The position numbers and the translations under genes were made by a program. Source: Trichinella spiralis (taxonomy: Eukaryota). From it: a stretch of 64,000 nucleotides of DNA. The DNA lies in the NCBI RefSeq assembly GCF_000181795.1, contig NW_003526941.1:7760120-7824119 (forward strand), written 5' to 3'. Positions 10,750-26,500 of the stretch are shown one piece after another; within the stretch, counting starts at the first letter, position 1; each line of letters begins with the position of its first letter. Under the pieces are notes generated by a model, which made no database searches, had not been told where the DNA came from, and saw only the letters and a list, made by a program, of their open reading frames with translations.

Positions 10750-13700
10750 CGTTGGCAGCCGCAAGCAACCAATATTATGCTCAACTACATATCCATCATG
10801 ATCTCATGCACGCTGGGCTCCTTTTTCTTCTCCTTTATCGATTATTTTTCTCAAACAGCTAACCTGTGCGAAAAATTGACCGACTCGATGACAGCTGACA
10901 AGCTAAAATAGAAAAAATTCCATTATTATTATTATTATTATTATTATCGTTACTTGCTGTAAACTGTCTCACATGAATAGAGATGCAAATCCAATTGCTA
11001 ATCAAATTCTAATATTTACTTTTAAAGTTATTAAAATCACTACTATTTAGAAAATATATCCAGTTCTGGTGCTACTCCAGCTGCAAATCATTGTGCATTT
11101 AAAAATGCAATTACGGAAACTGTTTAACAGGCACGCTTCAATCTATTTATTCACTCACTTCCAGTTTCGTGTGCATTTATCGACTAATATTTAAATCTAT
11201 AAACAAGTATAATAACAGGACACTATCCAGAAATGGTGATGAAAATCGCCATGTCAGTGAATTTATAAATGCATAAATTTAAGTAAATTTTAAAGTATAA
11301 TTGAACATCACACCCCAAATATTATTAATACACACGTGTAGTGTATGAATATCTTCGAAAATAATATATGCAAAATAATAACAAGTTGAATGTGAAATTT
11401 ATAATTGCGTACGCTTATGAAAGCAGGTTTCATTTCCAGTAAATCTGGCTAAACTCTAAATTGAACTTACTTACAGTCAAAAGTAGCAAACTTATAGTTG
11501 TAATTCTCAAAGCAAGGTCTGTCTGCTCAGCACTGCTATGAATAAAATGTATTTATTGCTCAAATGGTATGCTAAATTAAAAGACAATGCAGACTTGAAA
11601 AATCGGTGTACGTGAAACGCTCTGAACAATTAATTCAAAATGGAAAATTCTGCACATTCAAAAGTAGTTTCACATTTGTAATTTGTTCATTGATGTAAAT
11701 TTTGTAATTTAAAAAAATAACAAATCAAGAAAAGAAAATCTTTTCATCGTAAACCTAAAATGCATTTTTGACATTTCCAAAAACGGACCAAGATTGACGC
11801 AAATTATACAAACGTTGACATGACAATGCGCATTTCTGCAAACAAATACAAGAATGCCAATAACTCATTCCACTATTTTTTCGACAACTTTCAAACGATC
11901 ATTACATGATGATTATTATTAATTTAAATATATAATATAAGCAGAATAAACAAACAGAACTTTGCTGAATTTAAGCTAACACTGCTGAGCGTATTTTTCC
12001 TTGCTTACTTAATTGCTTGGGAAGAAAAAATATTGGTTCTTGAGGGAATACTTCTTTTCAACAATGCCGCGTATATACAGAGGGCAAGTGATCTAACGTG
12101 CAAATGATTACAGATGCAATATGCAGAATATCGCGGCTATATTAAGGCCAAATATTGAAAACCAAAAGCGGTTGAAAAATGACAAGATTATTGTTGTTAG
12201 CAAGTGAAGACCAAATCATTTTTTCACGTTTCATATTTCGATGCGTTGGAAATGGAAAAAGAAGCAGCTTTTCCGCTGCAGTTTATTTTTGAAAATCAAG
12301 ATAATAAAAATATGATAAAACAATAAAGCATAAAGCAAGTTGAAAATTGTATTTGCAATAGTGAAAATGATTCCTGTCGCCAGGCTGATAAGTCGCCAGT
12401 CAATCGATCACGTTAAAGCTTAACGACAAGCAGCCGTCAATGGAATTTTTCTGCGAATAAAATCTAATATTCTTAAAGGTAAAATAATGCAAGCGCTGCA
12501 CTTTGCCTTCGGTTACCCACTGCCGAACGTTCATTAGCGAAGGGAAATTAGGCTCGTCTTCAGCTGAGCATATATTTTATCCATTTGCCACGCTGATTTC
12601 ATTATGCGACAACGCCTTCAAAAAGGCCTGTTGGTCAGGTGAACGAAAAAGAACAACCCTTCAACACTGATTAAAGAAAAAGCCGGAGGCTTGTAAAGTC
12701 ATTTCCTTTGTAAGTGCTATTGCATCCGACGGCTGCGCCTAATTGTTCAACGCAGCCAATTCTCCGTGATCAATTTTCAGCTTGGGGGAAAATATGAAAA
12801 TTTTGAAAATCATCCATCCTCTACCGCGTCTTACCAAGCTTATTTTCTTTAATGAACGCATTCTCATCACACAGCTCGTCAAAACAATGCGAAAGATCAA
12901 AATATATTTCCATATATCAAGGTGTAGACATTTCGTTTCAATTGTTGTATTGAGAAAAGGTGAGTTATCAAATAAATAACAATTTAACATATGAATTTTT
13001 TAAAACTTCAAAAATGATGCACCACTTGTTGTGAAGAAGAGCTAATAATATTTGCATTTTTACACGACTAGTTCAAAGCTCAATTACAAAGCGTAAAAAT
13101 ACTGTTCGCTATAGAATGAAAATATGCGCATGGAAAAGAACAAATGCGCTTCGGCATTTGTACATCGAATGCGCAATGAAATCAGAAAAACAACAATTAA
13201 ACAAGTTGTTTTTCCAAATAAATTTTCATCTGTTCATTAGTATTCTTATCATTATGTTAATCACAAAGTGTAAAGCAGCTGATGAAATTTAAGAAAAAAA
13301 GCTGTTTACAACAATTTTCACACACGGCAGTGCCAAAACAGTTTTTTGGAACAAAAAAACCCCAGCAACAAATCATCATTTGGTCATTTTATTATGAAAA
13401 TTACAATATGCAGTTTTCATATACTTTTATAATATGGAATTTTGTTTTCTGAAATATAAAAAAGGAGGAGACGGGAAAAAATTCAATTTCATCATAAAAT
13501 AGTCATTTTCTACATAGCACAAAGTAAATAATTGAACAGCCCTTGCAAATACAACCGACGCGCGTTTAGGAAAGCTAATAATGAACAAGCGAGCGGCTTC
13601 AGACAAAGCAAAAAAGAAACCCAATTTCGCTCGCTTGATATTTTGCCATCAAATTCATCATCTACATTCCAAATGCTATCCAACGACAGTGGGAAAACAA

Positions 13701-14106
13701 GCAAGAAAAATTTAAACTCCACTTAATCTATTACAACAAGTTTCTTTCATCAAAAATAATATGCATGCGTACTGTTGTGTATTTTTAAATACATTTTATG
13801 CATTAAATGCTGAAATGTAATTAATCAGAGAGCATAACAAGAAAATGTCGCTTTGCTTTTTTTGGAACTGTGAAAATGTACTGGTTTTGATTTTATACTA
13901 TTAATAATAGCATTGCAAAAAAATACAATTAATACAAGAAAAATGAAATTCAATAAACAATGAATAAATAAATTGGGAGAGGAAATGATGAATAGAAAGA
14001 TTCATTAGAAAATGAAATACATCTCAAACTCCTTTGACAAATGACAAGTGTAACTGAATGAAAAATAAAATACACTATCCATGAATTACTTATTTCCTAT
14101 ACATAC

Positions 14107-14108
14107 AT

Positions 14109-14139
<31 letters not shown>

Positions 14140-14141
14140 TT
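14107..14141. repeat. (ATTT)n microsatellite
   Basis: Tandem ATTT units. Confidence 0.85.
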
Positions 14142-17100
14142 GTATGCAACAGAAAGAAAGTGCATTTGTATTTTGTTTTTTGATAAATGCTTGCAATGGG
14201 ATAGTTCGTTGACAATTTCAATTGGATCGACACAAAACAACATGCCATTATTTCAACTGAATAATATCAGTATAACTAGCTGATCGTCTTTCAAAGCTGT
14301 ATCGATAGCCATAAGATGATTACTTTGACAAAAGATATATGTCCATGCAAAGCGTGGAAAACGGACAGTGGCGCCGCTTTGAACCACCTATTAACTGTCT
14401 GAAGAAGAGAATATTGGATCGATATCTTCTGTCATACTAAACCAAAGAGGCTAACCTTAAGCGGAAAAGATTTTACTCGACTGTTTGATTAAATTGACCT
14501 AATTATCGGTGAAATGCAGTCACATTGATCAAGCTAATACAATGCTTTTCAAAGCGATTCTAGGATCACGGTGGTAAAAGTTTTTCTGCTTGTCATTCGA
14601 AGCGGAATTTTTTCAATCTAAACGTTTGATTACAACAAACCATACTAGCTGTAGTTATACCAGCTTGAGATTTGGCTTGTTTTCAAATAAACTACTCGCA
14701 ACCAACTTTCCCATTATTTATTACATACAGTCCGGTTAAGTTTCTATTTCAACATTAATTCAAAAAAAAAAACAAATTACTGAACCATCACTTAGTCGTA
14801 AGTAAATTGTTGCAACAATATCACTGACATTATGCTAATGCAAATTCAATTTTCAAATTAGTTGTAAAAAAATGCTACAACTATGAAACTAGTGCGCAAG
14901 ATATGCAAAAAAGATAATGTTGAATATGCAGAGAATATTATTTGAAAAAAAAGTTGAAAACAAATGGAATAATCTCATGAGGCTTGAGACAACAGCATCA
15001 CTGCTCAAATAGCTAATCAAATTATGCGCTGATTTGGATTCCGTTATTGTTGCTTAACGACCCTATGGCAAATTTGCGTTTTACGTTTTGCGCCATTCCA
15101 GCTTCACGTTAAGCTTAAATACGCAACAGAGGAAAAAAACAGGACACTCACTCTGTGTGATTAAGACGCTCATTACATTTATGCTGTTCTCATTGCCGTG
15201 CAAAGAGGAAAAATCGTTCCCTACCCCAGAGGCAGGCTGGACAGCACTTCACTAACGTGCAAAGAAGCAAGGCACCACAAAAGCGTTTGATTTAATCAAA
15301 TTTATGTCGTATTTATGGGTATCTACGAGCAGTTTAATCCAATAAAATGCAAAATGACACGATGCAGTGATCGATAGCAGTTGGTTGAAAATTGTCCATT
15401 CGAAAACGATCATTCTCTTCAGACATTCAAAACATTGCACACAAAAGATACAACTACCTTGCTGTTTGGTGTGTGCCAGTGAAAAGTAATATTCTAATTG
15501 CCGCTAGCATAAATAAGGGGTGACTTTGATAAATTGGAAAAAGTACAGCATTTGTGAGAAAAAAATTCACAATTTACAAAATTACACTATCAAGAAGAGA
15601 AATGCATAGTGTGATTTCAAAAAAGAAAAAATTCGATGCGTAAAAATAATACTTACTAAAACATATTAAATATTTTCTAAAGAAAAACAGTTTTAAAACA
15701 TACGACATAAAGTTACATGAACTACCTGCGACAGTAGCTCAAATATTGATTTTTGTAAGCGTCACATTAATAATAACATAATGCAGCATCACGTTGAATT
15801 TTTCACATATAACTATATACTGTATATATATATGTACTAGTAAGATGCATGTATCAAACAGTTGTTTCTTTAAATGCCATGTTTTTTCAAGTTTAGGGCA
15901 TCAAAATTACAAAATTCCTCCTATTCATGTTCTTTTCAACTCTCTAATAATTTTCTCACCTTTTACGTAAAAAATGCTTGCCATTCAATAAGCACAGCAT
16001 TGTTCGCATTTATGTTTATTTATTTATTTATTTATTTCTCCAAAAAATTATATCATTCAAAAAAATGAAAATTTCCTTTCAACTGTATTCATTCAGCTGA
16101 ACTTGAAAGCTTTAAAGTAAAATAAAAAATAATAAACTAATGGTGAAAGTAAAACAGCAATTGCCAGTAAAACTTATTAATCATCAAACAAATACGCTTT
16201 CATAACATGAACTTCAAAGAATGTTTGTTTTCATAGCTTTTCAATATTATTCTTTTTGAAGTTTTACGCTTCTTTCGTGGAAAATAGAGTGAATTTAATT
16301 TTCCATAAGAAAAGCATAATCATAGGGCAAAATATGGATTAGGGAATAACTAGCTGAAAATTATTTCCACTAGTTTCTTCACCAAAAATAACCATTAATT
16401 GAAATAGAGTTTGTCAAAAAAATATTTAACTATAATGAAACTTTAATGAACAATTTGATAATAAAATTTTCCCATAATAGAAAAATAATTTTGTATTCCT
16501 TTACTGTTGAAAAACAGAAGTTGCTAACTAAAAAATTGCTAAATAACAATTGGCCTAACTTCTTATTGACAATTATCAACTTCATTAGAAATGCATTTCA
16601 ACAGCAAGAAAATGAAACTAATACAACGAAAATATTTAATTTTAAAATGTAAAAATTTTGTACATAAATAATAAATTATAAAGCAAACTAAAACTATTCA
16701 TGAATTTGATGAAACTTATGTTCAATTCTTTGAAATGACATTAGCACTTGCAAAATATGCAAAAATTCATCTTACATGATAACAATAACAATAATCAAAT
16801 AATAATAAACGATAATAATATTTGCAAAGGATAAATGAGATGTTTATTCAGCAAACTCTGCAAAATGAAATTCATGTCAACTTTTTCTGTCACTTTTTTT
16901 CAAGCATTACAATTTCAGACAGCTACGCATAAAGCGCTATTAATGAATGATGAAAAATTAACAAATGTCGCGAAACTTATGTTTATAAAATTAACTGCAC
17001 AGAATCAAAACCTTGCAAAAAATATTTCAGTATGAATGATTAATTTTCTTGAAAGACTTTCATCAACAGAATAATAACTTTTTCAGATCAGTGACTCACT

Positions 17101-20100
17101 CACAAAAGTTGAAAAAATATTTTTATCATTATAATTAATCAAAAATTGACTGGTCGATTAATTTCAATTTCACATTTTCATAACATAAAATGAATCCAAT
17201 ATATTATTATTATTATAAATTTCTACACTTCTACTAAATTGCAACTATATGCTAACAAAAAAAATTTAATTTTGTAAAAGAATATTTTAATATTTTCCTA
17301 AAAAACAACACACCAAAGTTGCCATCTTTCAAATAGTATTTATATTTGCACATTTTGCATATTGAAAATTACAAGCAAAAAATAGCCAGTACAATCTATA
17401 TAAAATATCTCACCTCTTACGTCAAGAGTGATCAGATAAATTGTTGAGCAATAGCAGTGCATTATTAAAAGTAAAAACAAAATTGATGAAATTAAACAAT
17501 ATTTATTTATCATAATTTACATTGCTCTGATCGCAAATAAGCAAATGTTGAACTGAAAGGCATGCGTGTTTGAGCTCCCCGTTCTGCGTTCGCGCCGATC
17601 TGAGCAAACACCAACCGAACACACAGCACAACACACTTCGCTACTTTTTCCGTTTCACTTCAAAACGTCTTATTCAACATTTTTGCAAAATTTACAATGT
17701 CAGAGAACCTTGCTTGCAATTCTACAGTGAGAAGAAGAAGAAGAAAAGCAACTAAACTTAAAATACTGTACTTAAAATATTCTTCTCGCTTTGCAAAACT
17801 CGATATAAAAACCTGTGTCTAGTGAAAAAAGCAGAAAACCAATTTCCTATATTTTTATTATAATTTGTTATGTTCTATAAAAAATTTACAATTTCTAAAA
17901 ATGGAATATCTGTACATTGATTGTACATACTGATAAAGCCTCTCAAATCGCGGCATTAATAAAATTTCATAAACACCAACTGATTGATATGCGCACTTGC
18001 AAACTTTATCATCAGAAATATCAAAGTTTAAAATAATTTACAATATTAAAATCGTGAAATGAAATTTATTACTTTAACATTGAAAGAATTTCTATACACA
18101 TAACAGAGTATATATATATATTTCATCGATATTTGATTTTACCTCTTGAAAAACGGTTTGTTGAAACTAAGTATATAAAACAGCGAGCGCTATATTACTT
18201 AATTGATTCACTATCTGCGCAATGATGAAAAACAAGCATTCAAATTTCACCAGATACTTAACTTATTAATGCAACAGAGAACGCATATTAACGCAATAAA
18301 TTAGCAGTGTAAAAATTCCCATCGACTCTTCTCAAAAGACTGACTGATCCTCACGGATGACAGAACAGACAAATTTATATGCTAGTTTCTCAATTTTCCG
18401 TCTAAAAGCACCATTAATATTGAGCTCAGATTCTTAATTGGAAAAGTGACAAAACCTCTGATCATAAAGGCGTTGCTGCGATGATGACATACCTCTATTT
18501 GAGAGGTAGGGGTACATCATTTAAAAAAACCCTAAAAAACATTGAACTGAATGAATGAATAACACTGTTGCTGTTGCCAGAATTTCTCGTCATTTTATAA
18601 TGCAAACAAATAAAATTCCAGTTTCACTTAAATAAAATAATAAAAAGAATTTTTTAAACTTTAACTTCATCCAAAAGTCAATCAGCAGAAAACATTTTTC
18701 CAATATTATTTGCTGAGTGTTTTCCAATAAGCTTTACCATAAGAAACGTGTGGCAGTTCTGAATCTCGACAATTAAAATTATTGCTTAATTATAATTGCA
18801 AAAGCCAACTGTTGCATTCATATTTCCTGCTAAACCACGCGAAAACCCAACAGATTTCTTCAAAAAATGCTCCAAGTAATTGCCAAGGGTATTAGATAGA
18901 ATATTTATACACTGTCTGCGTCGACGTAAAACTGCATAATTATAACTTTTTAAAAGTTATTAAATCTATAAAAAATAAGCTGAGAATATAATAAAATATA
19001 TCAACCTTCGGTAAATTTTTGCACAGTTTCCATTTAATCCATTTCATTTCATCTTATCCTTGTCCCTCTCAAAATTGCATTGATAACTTTACTGAAAAAT
19101 GAAAAATACATCATCTTCGGCCAATGAAATCAACCTTTAAAAACATTAACAGATTGTGTAAGCGTTCAATGAGACAACAATAATAAACAAGAAACAACAC
19201 ACAGATGCAATGAAATGGAATTTTTCAGCACTGCTCTTATCTGTATTATGGAAAATGTTGAAAGAGAAATCAGCACCAGATGAATTCGATTAACACATAT
19301 TTCAGATGAGAAATGCATCACCCCGCTTTTCATCGATGATTAATACTAATAGTGTTCAAAAATAATTCATAAATATAAAATTTATCTTCTTCTCAGCGTT
19401 GATAATGGCAAGAAACTTTGAATGAAAGCAATAGAAAGTGAAATTATCAAATTTTTGAAGAAAACCACCACTGAATGCAATCAATATTGAAAACGCATAA
19501 GATAATAAAATATGCTCAGCGTTTCACCATTTTCAACCTGCATCTTATTATTATAATTGAAAATGAAAAGGAGAACACTGGGATGGCCAACGCTCGTAAA
19601 TTATTATAAAAACCCCTCACTGGCAATTCTCAGTTTTATCAAAACAAACATTCGCTTTCACGTTTGCTTTATTGCTTCAAATTTTGAAAAGCCACCTTAT
19701 CGATTGCTCCAACTTTTTTCCTACTTCAAAATTGTTCACATCATGCCAAATGAATATATTTGGAAATGAAAAATTTTCAGTGAAAAGAAACAAGAAATTT
19801 GCATACCATAAGCGACAACAAAAACAAATATTTACACGTATTGCATTACTATTTTACTGGAAACTGAATTTAGCCAAAACAATTCAATTTTAGCATCATC
19901 ATTTATGAAGGAATGAATGAAAACCAAAAAAGCAGAACAAATTGTAAATTTCATTCCAAAAAATCATAACAGAAAAACATTCAAAAATAAAATACCGAAA
20001 TATTATACATATGTATATGTATATACCTGCTGTGGAGAGTATAAAAAAGAATTTGTACTTTATGACCCCAAGTAGAACACAGACAAACCAAAGTAAAAGT

Positions 20101-21532
20101 AGATTTGTTAAGAAAAAAAATGGCAAAAGTATGCAAGCATAAGCTTGACATGGGATGGAGAAAATTTAAAATCAATACTGATCGAATGCCACCATTCAGA
20201 TACGAATCGAATCCAGCTGTAAAATACAATGAAATTTGAAGAGAAAAGAAAAAATATTTAAAAAGCTAATGTTCGATTACAACTGTGCAAAAAAAAAATC
20301 AAAATTAAACAAACTGATTTACGACGACAAATCGATCACTAATTTCACCTTGTTATAATATGATAAACAGCATGCGTTAAGTTGAAGCAATATTACAATA
20401 ACTGTTCCACCTGGAAAATTTAAATTAAAAGGAAAAAGAGAAAAGAAAAAAAAACACAAAGATGGAACAAACCAATCTCGACAATATCGTAGATGGTAAT
20501 TTGAAGATAACTGGCAAAATAAAAATCAATCGAACATTAATATCAAGCAGAAATGGCCAAAATGCAACAAAGACAACAGTAACAATAATAATAATAATTT
20601 TAATAACAACAACAAATAGAAATTATTCGATTATATTTTAAAAAATTAAAAAACTTCATTACTGATGAATAAAAAGAAATAATATTCATAAATATGAAAT
20701 ATTTAAAAACCGAAGAAGAATTTTTAAATTAAATTAAAAAATTATGTACTAAATGACAATATATACATGTATACATACAGTAATATCTTTATAAATTGTT
20801 GTAAAAAAGATATCACTATAGATCCTTAGATCGATAGATATTCATTGCATTGAGGATTCAGGCAGCAATTCTCCTCTAATTAAAAAAAAAACAAATATTC
20901 TAAACTTTCATACTTGCATGCTAATTTTGAAGGTGTTTTTCCAAAAAAAAAATTAACTGCGCCATTTTATGAAAAAAATAAAAAAATTCCATAAAGTATA
21001 TAAAAAAATGTTCAGTATCAGAATAATTAACTTTTCAAAAATGAAAATAAAATAAACCTACGAATGTTTTGTAGCGCTCGAAGTTGAAAATTCCACTACT
21101 TAAAGCTACAATTGTACAATGTTAAATTCTGTAGAATTATTTCTTATAACAAAAATATTAAGAACAAAAAGTTCTTTTTACTCAGTTATGCTTGTCATGA
21201 AAAGTTGAAGAAAATCAAAAACAACTTAAGTAGTAAATGCATTGACGTCAGAAGTGCTATTTTCCAAATGCTCTGATTTTCGATACGTTGTTTTCATATA
21301 TATATATATATTTATTTAAATCTGTTCTTTTCCACTTTTTTGTATTACAGTAATTTTTTCAATTAAATTTTAATATGAGAAAAATAATGCAGCAAAAGAT
21401 TATTAAAAGCAAAAAACACACACACAATTCCATAATAAAATTGATAAAAAAATAAATTTTTCAAGATTGAATTTCCTGAGGCATTAAATTTTCAATTACT
21501 TTACCCAGCAATCGAATCATGCAAAACTACAA

Positions 21533-21590
21533 CTGCTACTACTGCTGCTGTTGCTGCTGCCGCCGCCGCCGCTGCTGCTGCTATTACTGC
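21533..21590. repeat. Compound trinucleotide microsatellite (CTA/CTG/CCG)
   Basis: CTGCTACTACTGCTGCTGTTGCTGCTGCCGCCGCCGCCGCTGCTGCTGCT in AT-rich non-coding context. Confidence 0.8.
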
Positions 21591-23512
21591 ACCACATTGA
21601 AAGCTGTTCAACTTTCAAATTTTGCAAAAATTATTAAATAGTAAAAATTGAATTTGTCACTGAAGCGTTGAAGAACAAGAGAAAAACAAAATAAAAATAA
21701 ATAAGCTTTTCACCTTTTTGATTATTGTTGCTTTTGGTTGTCATCACAACTTGCAAAACAAAGTAAAATCACGTACTGTATTGGAAATTATAAGAAAGAC
21801 AATGCTATTTCATTAAAAATATTACAAGCAACTGTACAACGCAGTTATGAAAAGTTTTAAAGTTTAAAAAAATTCCGTTTTACAAATTATTACTTCACAG
21901 CCAATTATTAACTGAATATCATCATCATCATCATATATGTTGAACTGAAGATATTACAACTACTACAAGCAAATGTGATTTGCAAAAGACATATCCATCC
22001 ATCAATCAGTAATAAAAAAATAACTTTTGTTTCACTCTTTTTTCAACAGAATGCATAATAATTAAACGTGAATGCAAGCATTTGATGTATCAAAATAGAA
22101 AGCATGAAAAATAGCGAACATTTAAAAAATTAACTTTACTGATCAGTGATTAATAGCCTAACAAGCTCATAAATTGTACAATATGTACCAATAAATTGTA
22201 GTCATAAAATTCCGCTGAGCAAGTAAAAATTAAAATAACAAAAGATTCTTATCAATGAAACGTAACATTTTAATTTATGATGCTGCTCGTTGATTCGTTT
22301 ATACATCAAGTTTGCCATTTTAAAATTGGTTGTTGATCATTTTTTCCAACGAAAATATGCATAGAATAGAGGTATAAAAATGAAAATAGTCATGCAATGT
22401 ACAGAGAAAAGGGATTCAAAGTAGAATTATTTTGAATGCATATCTCGCACAATGTATTTATTAGTATAGCAGCGTACATATAACCTTTTCTAGCTAATGA
22501 TAAAATTTTAAAAAGGGTAAAAAATCTATAATGGAAAAATTATCACTCAGTTCTATTCAAAATGATCCCTCACATTATTTATACGTACAAACTACTCAAC
22601 ATGTACAGGCGCGCCTTTGCATTGATTTATTCCCAAGTTTCCAATGCAACTTAGCCACCAATAATAGCTGATGACAATTCTTCAAGTCGTTTCCTTTTTT
22701 GAAAATGGTCTCTGATGGAATAGAAATATTTTCACAAGTTCATGTACATCAGAAGAAAAAATACATGCAAATTTTATCTATTCGTTGTAAAGGATGAAAG
22801 TGAATGAATGAATGAATGAGCTTATTCACATTTTCCATTTGCTAAACGATTAACAACTGTTACGTCCAAGAAGACCAAGAAAATGCGAAGCACCGAGACC
22901 GTAGGGTGTTGAAGTTGCAAAAATTTGTCTTTCTGAACAACTGATCTGTCTCATGGAATGCTTTTAAAAGTTGTTGTTGTTGTTCAAGAAAAACAAAGCC
23001 AAAAAAATGCTTATTTCTCAAATTACCTGAACAGATGGTTGGGAATGGGATTTTTGTTTTTTCGAATACAAGTAGTATACAATCGATCAAGAGCAAAAAT
23101 ATTATATGAAGAAAATTTCACAGATCAAAGAGAAAATAGATGGCAAAAGTTTTTGCTGCTACTTACTGCTGCTGCTTCTATCAAAGCAGCCAAAAATAAA
23201 TTCGCTTCCAAAATTCTGAGAGCTTCACAAAATAAACAAGTAAATAAATCTAAGTATAAACGAGCAGAATCGAAATTAAACGACAACCAGACGACCATTA
23301 CCATATATCGAAAGTGCAATTTGTTATGTTTTTCTTGAATAATGACCAGTCAGTGGAATCAGATGATCGCGCGTTTAGCATCTTTATTGCGGCTTCATAA
23401 AACGCTTAACGTTCAATCTTTTTGAACTTTCCGCCAGCTGTCAAACTTAAGCTGGCAGGTCGTAATTTTGATGCCGACGTGTGCCGTAATTACCAACTGA
23501 ACTTTCGAATGC

Positions 23513-23553
23513 TCATCATGATCATGATCATCATCATGATCATCATCATCATC
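23513..23553. repeat. (ATC/ATG)n microsatellite
   Basis: TCATCATGATCATGATCATCATCATGATCATCATCATCATC. Confidence 0.8.
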
Positions 23554-26500
23554 AAGTAACTGACTGATTTCATTGAAATCAACAAATTTTTCTGTTTAAT
23601 TTGTTCTTGTTTATAATCAAAATCTTATTATTAAAATGGTGGAAAAATTAACACAAAGTAATTGCAAATTCAAGCCAAATAATAAGCGCCACATGAATAT
23701 GCATGTTGCTGTTGTTGCTGCTGCTGCTAATATCTAACACTATCAACTAACAAATTTCTTTATTTACATTAATTTACTGAAATTTCGTTTCCTTTTTTTC
23801 CAAAATTAAAATCCTATTTGCATTGCATAAAAATTTCCTTATATCATTAAAAAAAATCATTTCAAATTTTAAGCCTTTAACGACATTCCATTGTCATCGA
23901 AGAACGCATTGAATAGGCTTAATTTTCTTAAAGTTGAAATTGAATCAGTCCCTGCGTTAACTGTAATAAAAGTGCAAAAAAAGAAAGAGAAAAAAGAAGA
24001 ACCAATTATATAAAATAGCATACTTTTGCTTGATGTAATAAGTAAATGAGAAAGTAGTTTCCTTGGAAAAAGAATGCGCAACTAATTTGTTATACGGTCG
24101 TGGTTTTTTCTTTCTTTTTTTTTGCCAATACTTTCGCGTTGCAGAAAAGAAAACACTAGACAAATAATCTGCAGTCGTATAATTGAAAATTAAAGGTGAA
24201 TAAATTCCATCGACAGAAGTGAAAAAAATAAAAATCTTGTAATTTGTAAAACCAAGTACTGTAATTACAATAAGCAATGCTACAGCTGGGATAACTAGCC
24301 CACTTGTGGATGGTATTTCAAATGCATCGAAATGGAGAATTTTTTGGTGAACAATTTGCAATTACAGAAGCCAAAAAAAGGAGAGTATAATTGTGCTCAA
24401 GAAATGATCTGCTAACAAAAAAAATGAAAATCTAGCAACACTTTGTGAAGAATAAAGAACAAGAAGTAGAAAGAAAAGAACAACATTTCTTCATAGTTTC
24501 CTATTAGGCATTTTTCACAGATTGTAGAAATAAATATCCAATTGACCGAAAACGCATAGCACTTGCATGATCAGAATTCGAACTGAGTGTGAAAGTGAAA
24601 TTTTTTCTTCATTATCAAAAAAAAACAATCTCAACTTTATAATAACAAAATTATAATGGGCAAAATAAAAATTATCAGCAAAACGTGAACTGAACTGAAC
24701 TGAATTCAATTCCACCCTCGAAATTTAAGTTTAAATTTTGTATTTGAAAAATAAATCACCTTCACACTTGGATTCCAACATCAATACGTTATTATTTGTT
24801 ATAAATAAAAATGAAAAATGCACAAAATGAAGGTATTTTTTTACAAAAACAGTTTTCATGTTACTGTTGATAATAATCAGATAAATAAATCAAATTATAT
24901 GAAGCATAAATTGTATAAATCTAAATTTTGGTTTTTTTTGTTAAATAAAGAGAAGACAACAATCTCATCATAATAAGGTTCGATATCAGTTTTTTGTTAA
25001 GTGGAGAGAATTGGAAATTTCCATTCGATTCAACAGAATGCGTCTCAGCTCATACTACACAGCAAACGTGTGATGCGCATGTAAGCTGGCCACAATCGCG
25101 ACCAGACATCGCAGCAGAGATTTCCTAAAGGAGACAGCTGAACGTCGCAAATGTTACTGCTATACGACAAACTGAACATCCAAGCTTCCTGTTCAAGCTG
25201 TCAATAATCCTCAATCAAATTCTGCTAACCAATTTTATGACCGGCAATGGGTCAAAGTGAGAAAAAAACCAATTAAATTGATTTGCACAATAATAATAAT
25301 AATAATAAATATGTCTGGTAATTTTATAACAACAGCATAAACAACAATCAAACAATGGAACTTTGTTATGCTAAAAGAAAATTTCTTCTTTTTCATAATT
25401 ATTGCATGAAAATATTCTCATCATTGAAAAATTGTTCTTTTTTCTTGTATCTCGTCAAAAATTTTCATATGTAATTTACAGAAAAGGGCAAAATAACGCA
25501 ACTGCAGTTATACGCGTGACGAACAGAAAATTACATCACTTGTTCATTCGATTCAACCGAAGCGACCATTACATTGATTGAACATGAAAACATTAATCAC
25601 AAGCAAGTAACAAGAAATAATAAGAGAATGCAAAAAGGAATAATCATGTGTACATTTGTGCACGATCAGCGGAACATTGTGATTCTGTATGCATATTCAA
25701 AAAAGTAGTTATAACTAGCCGATGAATTTCAGCAAAGTGAAATAAGTTTCACAACGTTTAATATACAGTAATCTTCTTTTGTACAACTGAAAAAGTTGAA
25801 ATTGCATCTCCTGAACGTGAATTTCTGCTTTACAAATGCAACAATTCAACCATTTCAACATATTAAAGCCCGTCGGCCAAAGGGAAAGAGAAAGAAAAAG
25901 CACTTCACTTAGATTGCACAATCCAAATGAACGCTATAATGTTTGCAATTAGAACTATAAATAATTTATTTCACGCAATGCTAATTTGTTTATTCCCCCC
26001 ATTTCGCCAGTTAAGCAACAACAATAATAATACTAATAAAGATGTATAAAACTTTCCAAGTATTTAATGGTCCAGTATCGATTAGAACTTTAACCACTGC
26101 CCAATAGCAATAGCATGGTACTACATAATAACCAATTACACATTCAAAAAATTAATTAATATAATGTACACTGATAAAAAAGAAACAACAATAGCAAAAT
26201 GTACATCATAATATAGATGTTCAGTGAGTATTGGAAAAAATTTTTAATTTTAATCACTTACAATTGCAAAATTAAAGACGATGACCACAAGCCAAGCTTA
26301 TTGAATAATTTTATACGGAAAAAGTTTCGGAAATTTTATTGTCGCAATTCTTCTTCTTCTTAATTCTGTTGCAACAATAACCGATGGATATGTTCTGATT
26401 GCAAAGCTCACCTACTTGTTGGAAAAGGAAGAAAAACTGTTCTCCTCCAAAAACTGCACCAACTTTGACAACTTCTACTTTACAAATGTGCAATTTCCAC

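Noticed and set aside
10421..10911. Short ORFs overlapping the GPCR in other frames or on the other strand
   Set aside because: Shadows of a GC-richer coding region, with no independent support.
21520..21600. Poly-Ala micro-exon
   Set aside because: No start codon or convincing splice sites; better explained as a compound microsatellite.
22958..24361. 126-aa and 134-aa ORFs in the desert
   Set aside because: F/L/I/K-biased products typical of AT-rich non-coding DNA, with no recognisable motifs.
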